Shown piece after piece: positions 10,901 through 20,116 of a stretch of 22,547 nucleotides of DNA. The position numbers were made by a program, and so were the translations under genes. Source of the DNA: Paraspadella gotoi (Eukaryota > Animalia > Chaetognatha); NCBI GenBank assembly GCA_051294375.1, contig JBJCIZ010000891.1, positions 1-22,547 of the forward strand, in the 5' to 3' direction. The notes beneath the pieces are model-generated. The model searched no databases, was not told where the DNA came from, and was given only the letters and a program-made list of their open reading frames with translations. Position 1 is the first letter of the stretch, and each line of letters begins with the position of its first letter.

Positions 10901-13510
10901 ACAGTTGATGATATGACTCTTTAACAAACTTAAATAAAAATATTATTTTTTAATAGCATAAAATTATTTAACTAGGATTTTGAGGTAGGCTATTTATTTT
11001 TCATTTCTTATGAACGACGTATAAAAATCTTATTACAGAAAATAAAAAATTATATAATAAATAAATACATTTTTATTATAAATTTATTTTCAAAACTTTT
11101 TTAACTTAACTACCTTTAATCCCTAACCACTGAGGCGGGCCAAAATTTAATATTTTTATAATAATAAAAAAATTTGCAATAAAAATTTTTATCCCTTTTA
11201 AACCAAATTGACTTATGATATTAAATTTTGATTAAATTAATTTTTCTCACGTATGGAGCATTTTAATATTTAATAATATTATAAAAATATTTAAAATTTT
11301 AAAAATAGATTCTGATTTTAAATTTTAATAATAAATAAACTAAAATTTAAAAAAACCTTAAAAAATCATCATTATCATTCATTAAATTTTATAGTTTTTA
11401 TTAATTTTATAAATAAATCATTAAAATTTTAAAAAGTTTAATAATAACCTTCATTTAACTTAATTTTTTTAAAAAAAATTTTGACATAATATTAAATAAT
11501 AAAAATAGCCTCCATGCGTTTAACTAATAAGATAAATCTTAAATTTTTTAAAATTTTCACGATCTTAATAACACACTATTCAACAATATTTATAGGCCAA
11601 AACTTCGGGTTAGCTTATAAACCTGTTCCGCCTTACTAACCACCCTTAAACCTTAACCACTTTTAATTCTATTGCTAACCGTTTAAAATTTTATTTTATT
11701 TTATTATATTATTTAATTAAAATAAAAAATAAATTATTTATTTATATACAATTAGTTTTATTAAAAAACAAATTTCAAACATATTTCTCTTCAATGTAAA
11801 CTTTTATTAGCATAAAAATAAATTGATTTGTAAAACAATTATTTTTAGAAATTTTTAAATTTAAAAAGAATAAAAATTTATAAAAATGTTTTACAAATTA
11901 ATTCGTTTAAGATTAATTACAGTTACCTATTTAATATATACAAATATTTCCAATAAAGATTATCTCTAACTGTTTTTATCTTTTTTGCTCAAGAGGATTA
12001 CTTAAATTATTATTAATATTATATTTTTAATATAATATTTTTTATTAGATTTTTTTTACAGTTTTGATAATACATCCAAAGTAAATAAAAATAATAACTT
12101 TGTTTATAAAAAGGTTACCTGTAAAAAGACAGTAATTATATATTAGTGACAGAACCGTTTAATATAAGCAGTCCCTGAGCTTGCAAGAACCAAACGAGAG
12201 ACATGGCGCTTTCCGTAAAGACCCCAGCCCCCGCGGTTCACGATCAGAGTTTTGATTGGCTTATAGGAACGTTATTCCCGCCAAGACTTTGTTAAAATTT
12301 TTTTACGAAAATTATAATGAAAAGACAGATTTTACTATTAAATATTTGCATTATTGTTATTTTTTTTTAAAATTGAAGTTCGTAAAAAAAGATCAGACAA
12401 AAGGTTTCGTAAAACTCTCGGGCGTTTTGAGTTGTACAAGTCCAGACGACCAATTACCCAGATATCTCCCCGGGTTACTTAAGAGAGATATTGCCTTTTC
12501 GGCTCACTGTCCATTTCTTGGCGATCATCTCGGCGTTTGATGGGACATCTTTCACTTTTTCAGAACTCTTAAACATTGGATACTTTTCTCCGTGCTTTCT
12601 ATTCCGGTGATTATTCCGTGTTCGGTTGTAAAATGTTTGTGTTTAAATTTAATATTATTATTGTATGATCAAGATAATTGGGTTGCTCACCCGGAAAGAG
12701 CTCTGGAAATATTCTATAATAGCTTTGATTTTATTTAAGGTACCCATTAAATTCAAGAACCCAAGTCGGTAAACGAATATTATCAACTTCTTGGTGCCGC
12801 GATCCCGTCCTTCAGTATAGTTCTCTCTCGACGTCTTCTCCTTCCACTAGGCTCGAGGAGGGGGTTTCTTTATAGGAGTCACGACTAAGTAACATACAGT
12901 TTGCGAGAATCTCACTATTTAAAAATTAACAGGCTCGTTAATAGTGGAGTTACTATAATGATTGTCATTGTTGAACCTATTTAAAAATCTTATTATTGCA
13001 GTTAATTTTATGAAACCTGTCCCATCTACACAAAAAAATTATCCAGATTTTTTAAAAATTTCTATTCTTTTAATGAACACAAAAAGAAAAAGTGGTAAGT
13101 TGTAATATTTTTTATTTCGCGACTCTATTAGCAGAAAATTGTTTGCGGACTTTGATGCTGCCATTCGAAGGCACTTTGTTATCGGTTATGACAACGTTCA
13201 TACCATGAGGAAAAAAATTGTCATGGTTTCTTTTAAATTTTTTTTAATATTTATATTTTTATTTATATTTAACTTTACCAGGTTATTTTTTGCAGTTAAA
13301 TTATTATTATTAAAAGTTTTAGGTCAAATAGTTAGTTTTAATTTTTATGAAAAATAGATTCAGGGATGAAGTTTAATTCATCATGCAGAAAAATATTATT
13401 TAAAATATTATTATAACAATACTTCAGAAATAATTATTTTTTAATTATAAAATGATAATAAAACTTATAAAGGTGTTAGGTATGGAGTTTGTTGGTGGCG
13501 ACTTAAAATG

Positions 13511-13533
13511 AAAAAAAAAAAAAAAAAAAAAAA

Positions 13534-13573
<40 letters not shown>
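13511..13573 (+). repeat. Poly(A) run, absent from the corresponding site in copy C
   Basis: About 60 A; copy C has only TTTT at ~19162-19165. Confidence 0.8.
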
Positions 13574-13579
<6 letters not shown>

Positions 13580-13593
13580 CGCCGTCATCATCA

Positions 13594-13733
13594 GCGCATT
13601 GTTGCCAAAGGCAACGTCATATCATCGCCTCTCAACCCAAAGGTCCGGGGTTTAACCCGGTGGGCCGCCTATCATTAAGAAGGGGACGGGGCGCTTAACC
13701 CGCCTGAAAGGTGTTACAGCCTGATCCGATAGC
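13594..13733 (+). mobile_element. Head and first part of the same SINE-like element in copy B, separated from its tail (12140-12181, minus strand)
   Basis: Reverse complement of 19006-19143; ends at CTGATCCGATAGC next to an N gap. Confidence 0.55.
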
Positions 13734-14650
13734 NNNNNNNNNNNNNNNNNNNNNNNNNNNNNNNNNNNNNNNNNNNNNNNNNNNNNNNNNNNNNNNNNNN
13801 NNNNNNNNNNNNNNNNNNNNNNNNNNNNNNNNNTGGGAAACTAAAAAAAAATTTGTTTAATATATTTTTAGTACAAGACTTTTCATGAACTATTCGAATT
13901 TTGATCTGCAACTTTCACTATGCCTTANNNNNNNNNNNNNNNNNNNNNNNNNNNNNNNNNNNNNNNNNNNNNNNNNNNNNNNNNNNNNNNNNNNNNNNNN
14001 NNNNNNNNNNNNNNNNNNNNNNNNNNNNNNNNNNNNNNNNNNNNNNNNNNNNNNNNNNNNNNNNNNNNNNNNNNNNNNNNNNNNNNNNNNNNNNNNNNNN
14101 NNNNNNNNNNNNNNNNNNNNNNNNNNNNNNNNNNNNNNNNNNNNNNNNNNNNNNNNNNNNNNNNNNNNNNNNNNNNNNNNNNNNNNNNNNNNNNNNNNNN
14201 NNNNNNNNNNNNNNNNNNNNNNNNNNNNNNNNNNNNNNNNNNNNNNNNNNNNNNNNNNNNNNNNNNNNNNNNNTCCTGATCCTTAGACCAAGATGAAGCA
14301 ATAAGCTACAACTAATTAATCGGGGCATTCTTTGATTAATACATGTGGGGTTTGGACCAAAAATGGAATAAACTTAGATTTTAGATACAATCGTCCAGCA
14401 AAAACCCTATGACAATGATAAATTTGAAAATAATTTTGTACAATATAAATTAAAGTAGGCTGTTCAAATAAACTTTAATTTTATTTAACAAATATATTTT
14501 TAACAATTATTTTGTTATTTATTTTGTAACCTATAATTACAATTGCTGGATGGCAGGAAAAAAAATTTTCACTTTTTTTAATTATTGTTAGTTTAAGACG
14601 CAAACAGTTACAGCGGAGCTAAAAAAAATATTAAGAAAACAACATTAATG

Positions 14651-15264
14651 TCAAAGGTTTTTACAAAAACTATGAAAAACAGCATTTACTAAATGATCAA
14701 GCCCCAATGGGTTTAGATGTAACCCATTCATTCCAACAAAATCCATATTTTTATAAAATAAGTCTGGGGCGACTTTAAATATCGAATTTCGATTACAATC
14801 ACAAGAAATATCATAAGAAATAAAAATTCTAATTACTTCATTGACGTCCTGAATATAACTTCTTTGATTCTGGAAATCGGCTGCTCTGATACAAATTAAC
14901 TTTTCGTGGACAAAAAGTAACAAATATTTTTAAATTTGCATTTTGGTTTAAAACATTGCAATGGTTTTCATTTTAAATGTAAGATTCGCAGCCAATTGTG
15001 ATGGGACTTCATCAGATGATTTTATTAGATGACTTATGTCATTTTGACCCATACTTTAAATCAATACAGAAAGTTTAAAAGACAAATGATAATTTAAATA
15101 TGCATTTGGGCCATCAGGTCTTCGGTGAGGGATCCCGAAAAGAATGTAACTCGATTTAATCAATGGGAGAAAATAAGTAAGTTTTTTAAATACTCATTAG
15201 TCAGTTTCTTCAAAATACTGTATAAAAGATGAGGGCACCCATCTTCTTGTAAATATATAAGCAT
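14651..15264 (-). pseudogene. SGNH/GDSL-hydrolase (esterase)-like gene, about 200 codons, interrupted by stops and frameshifts (copy C)
   Basis: Motifs occur in the order and spacing of SGNH hydrolases: block II-like FSGSLTEDL, block III MGQNDI (15038-15052), NANLKIFVTF, YIQDVNEVIR, and block V-like MNGLHLNPLGLDHLVNAV. Block I is degenerate (MLIYLQEDGC, no GDS). In-frame TAA at 15056-15058. Confidence 0.7.
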
Positions 15265-15376
15265 CTATATACAATGATCAATTTAAAATATAATCTCAAT
15301 TTAAAAAAGGTGAAATAAATTTTTAAAAAAATTAAAAAATATGACGATACAATGATGGACTAGATGCCTGAGGATT

Positions 15377-15476
15377 TACGGAGGACAGTGATAACATACG
15401 GAGGACGGATTAGACGCACGGTGGACGGATCGGATGCACGGGGGACTGATTGGACGCACGGAGGACGGAGTGGAGA
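15377..15476. repeat. 20-bp minisatellite, 5 units, consensus ~YACGGAGGACGGATTGGACG
   Basis: ACGG(A/T/G)GGAC recurs with an exact 20-nt period; only about 3 units at 8211-8270 in copy B. Confidence 0.85.
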
Positions 15477-15612
15477 TGGATGTTAACAATAAGCATATTT
15501 AAATTAACTAAAACTATTTTTCAAATTATTAAACTATTTTTATACTATCTGATAAAATATTAAAAAAATATAATTTTAAACAATTCATAAATTAAAAAAA
15601 ATTATCAATAAA

Positions 15613-15961
15613 TTATTTATTTAATATGAAGTTGTGCATTGCGGCGAGACCACCCTGCCTATAAGCGTGACATCTTTGATTGTGACCCGGAAGCTTATTG
15701 AGTAAACTGAGCTCGACTATTAGATATTTCATGCCAAACAGTACCTACCCTTTGTGGAAAACCCCTAAAACCGGTTCCAAGTCCAGGATCTGTTACATTG
15801 CTGGTCAGGGGACAAAGGAGTTAAATATAGTAATCTTAGCGCCTTATCCACATATACACAATTTCATGTTTGATATATGTATGGTTTGGTTTAACTTTAC
15901 AACTGTATAATACACCACATTTAATTTTCTGATATTCTACTCTTCCCATGGAGTTTGCCAT
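15613..15961 (-). CDS. Possible small gene (~110 aa), frameshifted, strand uncertain
   Basis: Minus-strand pieces MANSMGRVEYQK.., VDKALRLLYLTPLSPDQQC(KQILDLEPVLGVFHK) and MKYLIVELSLLNKLPGHNQRCHAYRQGGLAAMHNFILNK*. A competing 70-codon plus-strand ORF (15698-15910; 8488-8700) overlaps it. Confidence 0.25.
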
Positions 15962-16083
15962 AAATTAAATAAATATTACTAATTATTATCTAAAATGGTA
16001 ATAATTTTATGGCGACGTTGGAAAAGGAGACAATGTTTAACATAATATACATTTATTACGATGTACAATGTGAGAATAGTTCA

Positions 16084-16236
16084 TTACAATGAAAGGTTTA
16101 TTAGAGAGAGAATATCGTCCAACGGTGTCAACTTATAAGGAGGAGAGCATGAGTCAGAAAGAGAGAGAAAGAGAGAAACGTCGGTCATATCAAGTGACCC
16201 AACGGGGACGAAAAGGCCGGTCGAATCGTCGACCAT
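16084..16236 (-). CDS. Possible 50-aa small ORF
   Basis: MVDDSTGLFVPVGSLDMTDVSLFLSLSDSCSPPYKLTPLDDILSLINLSL* in a GC-richer island; below the ORF-track cutoff. Confidence 0.25.
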   Translation of the reverse strand: MVDDSTGLFVPVGSLDMTDVSLFLSLSDSCSPPYKLTPLDDILSLINLSL

Positions 16237-16424
16237 AGTCGTCGTCGACCGTCCTCCACAATTTATTATTTTTCAATACGTTTTTTAAAAAATCAATGGT
16301 ACATTCTTTTATACTAATATATAAAACAGAATAACAATTGCAAAAAATAAGGTAAATACAAAAATCAAGAAGTTCATTTAAAGCTAGCTAGCTTTGCTTG
16401 GTTGAAATAGGAAGGGCCGGTAGA

Positions 16425-16649
16425 TTAAGCATGCGCGAAAGAAAAAGTGAAATAACTTTGCAGTTTGGACCTATCACTATCACGGAATGTCGCAACCTTT
16501 TCTGTAACCAAGTCCAAAAGCCACTTTTCCCGAAGAGGATGAGCCATTTCCTGAAAACCAATAGTAAACATATAAAATATTTTAGTATTTATTTTAACAG
16601 TTTCTGTAAAGAAAATCCTATGACCTAAAACTAATTTGCAGTTATCCAT
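16425..16649 (-). CDS. Hypothetical 74-aa protein
   Basis: ATG-started ORF MDNCKLVLGHR...AHPLREKWLLDLVTEKVATFRDSD. The same start is present in B (9465) and D (20553), with indel-shifted middles. Confidence 0.35.
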   Translation of the reverse strand: MDNCKLVLGHRIFFTETVKINTKIFYMFTIGFQEMAHPLREKWLLDLVTEKVATFRDSDRSKLQSYFTFSFAHA

Positions 16650-16947
16650 ATAGAATTGAGATATTTACTTTCGCCGACCAGGTTAGGAGGGTTTAGGGTT
16701 AAGGGTGGTTTAGGGGTGGTTTAGGGATGTTTTAAGGTTAAGGGTGGTTTAGGGGTGGTTTAGGGTTAGGGGGTAATTGAATAAAAAATTTTTAAAATAA
16801 ATATTTTTAAGTGTTTTTTTCAAAAGACGCCAAAACCTCGGTCGCTGAAAGTAAAATTTTGCTAAGTATTTAATGCAAGTAAAACTTAAAGCAAATAAAT
16901 ATACAATTGTCAAATCAAAATACATTAAAAATAATTCCTATGAGACC

Positions 16948-17295
16948 TTACAAAAGATAGCTGCCGTTAAGCATACCTTTGACGAGATAGGGAAGAGTGG
17001 CTTGGTGGCGGCGGAGAATCCTTGGGAAGCCTTGGTCATGGAAGGCGGTCGCAGAGTTGCCAATAAAGTCTCCTTGGCGAGAGAAAGAGAGTCGCGACCC
17101 CAAGTCCCAGGAAGAGGCGACGGCGGCGTCACGCAATAATTGAACCAAGATAGCGACGGAGGCGGCGCCAAAAAAAGTAATACAACCGAGATTCACTGAA
17201 AACGCGTTGTTGAGAGAGACGAATTCGGCTTGGAGAAGCGAAGAAAAAAACGCCGTCGATTTTGGAGACGAGATTCGGCGTTGTCGGGGTCGTCG
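16948..17295 (-). CDS. GC-rich island with a 116-codon open frame and no upstream ATG; possible exon
   Basis: ...FFSSLLQAEFVSLNNAFSVNLGCITFFGAASVAILVQLLRDAAVASSWDLGSRLSFSRQGDFIGNSATAFHDQGFPRILRRHQATLPYLVKGMLNGSYLL*, with many C-ending codons. Copies B and D carry 1-bp shifts. Confidence 0.35.
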   Translation of the reverse strand, partial: RRPRQRRISSPKSTAFFSSLLQAEFVSLNNAFSVNLGCITFFGAASVAILVQLLRDAAVASSWDLGSRLSFSRQGDFIGNSATAFHDQGFPRILRRHQATLPYLVKGMLNGSYLL

Positions 17296-18964
17296 TTAGA
17301 GTAAATTCTAAATTTAAACCATCAATAAATACTACTAATTAATAAAAGTAATATTCACTATGAAACAAACAATCACGAAATCAAATACGCAAGAAATACG
17401 GGAGACGATGGAGATGTATATTGTATAAACAATTATGAGTCCAAAGATCGTGTAAAATGTAATCAAAGAACCAAGAAGCAAAAGGAAATAAAAATAAAAC
17501 AAAATGAGGCACAAATCATAAGTAAGGCATATATTAAAAGTAAACGTAAAACTGTTTATATTTGGTTTTTTACTTTTACTTAAAGTAAGAAAACCAAATA
17601 TAAACAGTCAATAAATACGAATCCATGAATCGCAGATGAATGGAGGCAGACAATCCTTAAAGTACCATAATGGGAAAAAAAATTGTCGAGTTTTAAAAAG
17701 TTAATTTCATTATTAAATATATTTTTTAACTGGTAAATAAGTTTGATATATAACTTCTTTAAAACTAAATAAAAATATTATTTTTTAATAGCATAAAATT
17801 ATTTAACTAGGATTTTGAGGTAGGCTATTTATTTTTCATTTCTTATGAACGACGTATAAAAATCTTATTACAGAAAAATAAAAATATATTAATAAAATAA
17901 ATACATTTTATTATAAATTTTATTTCAAAACTTTTTTTAACCTTAACTACCTTTAATCCCTAACCACTGAGGCGGGCCAAAATTTAATATTTTTTATAAT
18001 ATAAAAAAATTTGCAATAAAAATCTTTTATCCCTTTTAAACCAAATTGACTTATGATATTAAATTTTGATTAAATTAATTTTTCTCACGTATGGAAGCAT
18101 TTTAATATTTAATAATATATAAAATATTTAAAAATTTTAAAAATAATTCTGATTTTAAATTTTAATAATAAATAAACTAAAATTTAAAAAAACCTTAAAA
18201 AATCATCATTATCATTCATTAAATTTTATAGTTTTTATTAATTTTATAAATAAATCATTAAAATTTTAAAAAGTTTAATAATAACCTTCATTTAACTTAA
18301 TTTTTAAAAAAAAAATTTTGACATAATATTTAAATAATATAAAATAGCCTCCATGCGTTTAACTATAAGATAAATCTTAAATTTTTTAAAATTTTCACGA
18401 TCTTTAATAACACATTAACAATATTTATACCAAACTTCGGTTAGTTTATAACCTGTTCCGCCTTACTAACCACCCTTAAACCTTAACCACTTTTAATTCT
18501 ATTGCTAACCGTTTAAAATTTTATTTTATTTTATTATATTATTTAATTAAAAAAAAATAAATTATTTATTTATATACAATTAGTTTTATTAAAAAACAAA
18601 TTTCAAACATATTTCTCTTCAATGTAAACTTTTATTAGCATAAAAATAAATTGATTTGTAAAACAATTATTTTTAGAAATTTTTAAATTTAAAAAGAATA
18701 AAAATTTATAAAAATGTTTTACAAATTAATTCGTTTAAGATTAATTACAGTTACCTATTTAATATATACAAATATTTCCAATAAAGATTATCTCTAACTG
18801 TTTTTATCTTTTTTGCTCAAGAGGATTACTTAAATTATTATTAATATTATATTTTTAATATAATATTTTTTATTAGATTTTTTTACAGTTTTGATAATAC
18901 ATCCAAAGTAAATAAAAATAATAACTTTGTTTATAAAAAGGTTACCTGTAAAAAGACAGTAATT

Positions 18965-19143
18965 ATATATTAGTGACAGAACCGTTTAATATAAGCAGTC
19001 CCTGAGCTTCGGATCAGGCTGTAACACCATGTTACAGGCGGGTTAAGCGCCCCGTCCCTCTTAACTGATAGGCGGCCACCGGGTTAGAACCCCGGACCTT
19101 TGGGTTGAGAGGCGAATGACTTGCCTTTGGCAACAATGGCCGC
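18965..19143 (-). mobile_element. tRNA-derived SINE-like element (72-nt tRNA-like head 19072-19143 plus ~100-bp body)
   Basis: Head GCGGCCA..GTTGCCAAAGGCAA..CTCTCAA..GGTCCGGGGTTCTAACCCGG TGGCCGC has a perfect 7-bp acceptor-like stem, a B-box-like T arm and an unpaired anticodon stem. A GC-rich body follows and ends in an AT-rich tail. Confidence 0.6.
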
Positions 19144-20116
19144 TGATGAACGGTTGGTAGATTTTAATCCACCATACCTAAAACTTTATAAGTTTTATTA
19201 ATATTTTATAATTAAAAATAATATTCTGAAGTATTTATAATATATATTTTAAATAATATTTTTTCTGCATATGAATTAAACTTCATCCCTGAACTATTTT
19301 AATAAAAATAAAAACTATTTGACATAAAACTTTTAATAATAATAATTTAACTGAAAAATAACCGGTAATAAATATAAATAAAAATATAAATATAAAAAAA
19401 AATTAAAAACCATGACAATTTTTTTTCCATCATGGTATGAACGTCATAACCATAACAAAGTCCTCGAATGGCAGCATCAAGTCCGCAAAACATTTCTGCT
19501 AATAGAGTCGAAATAAAAAAATATTACAACTTACCACTTTCTTTTTGTGTGTCATTAAAATAATAGAAATTTTAAAAAATCTGGATAATTTTTTTTGTAA
19601 TGGGACAGGTTTCATAAAATTAACTGCAATAATAAGATTTAAAATAGTTCAACAATGACAATATTATAGTACTCCTATTACGAAGCCTGTTAATTTTTAA
19701 ATAGTTGAAGATTCTCGCAAACTGTATGTTACTTAGTGCGTGACTCTATAAGAACCCCCTCCTCGACCTAGTGGAGAAGGAGAAGACGTCGGGAGAGAAA
19801 CTATACTGAAGACCGGGATCGCGGGCACCAAGAAGTTGATAAGATTCTTACCACTTGGAGTCTTGATATTTAATGGGTACCTTAATAAAATAAAGCTTAT
19901 AGATATTCCAGATGCTCTTTCCGGTGAGCAACCACAATATCTATATCATACAATAATAATTATTATTAAACACAAACAATTACAACCGAACACGGAAATC
20001 ACGGAATAAAGCACGGAAAATATCCAAATGTTTAAGAGTCTGAAAAGTGAAGAGTCCCATCCAAACGCCGAATGATCGCAAGAAATGGACANNNNNNNNN
20101 NNNNNNNNNNNNNNNN

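Larger units (their letters stand above)
5427..13733. repeat. Copy B (longest) of the large repeated unit
   Basis: Shares sequence with 1-2638, 13834-19008 and 20117-22525 in direct orientation, and with 19009-20091 in inverted orientation. Confidence 0.95.
13834..20091. repeat. Partial copy C of the large repeated unit
   Basis: 13834-19008 is colinear with 6707-12181; 19009-20091 is the reverse complement of about 12508-13730. Confidence 0.95.

Noticed and set aside
12178-12181. Assignment as a bracovirus proviral segment based on AGCT
   Set aside because: A 4-bp motif is insufficient; no extended direct-repeat junction or recognisable bracovirus gene family is visible.
13511-13573. Retroposon poly(A) tail of the SINE
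   Set aside because: It lies upstream of the tRNA-like head and is absent in copy C; probably a homopolymer read artefact.
13714-14328. ORFs of 65-136 aa spanning N runs (also those crossing 2151-2315)
   Set aside because: Their length comes from untranslatable gap characters.
14651-15264. oskar ortholog
   Set aside because: No LOTUS domain is seen, and the block V His (GLHLN) is retained, unlike in OSK domains.
15377-15476. CRISPR array
   Set aside because: The period is only 20 nt, there are no unique spacers or cas genes, and the context is eukaryotic.
19072-19143. Functional tRNA-Glu(CTC) gene
   Set aside because: The anticodon stem does not pair and the D and T loops are non-canonical; treated as a SINE head or pseudogene.
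19143-19165. Hammerhead ribozyme suggested by CTGATGA
   Set aside because: No stem II followed by GAAA in either copy; the adjacent structure is better explained as a tRNA-like head on the other strand.
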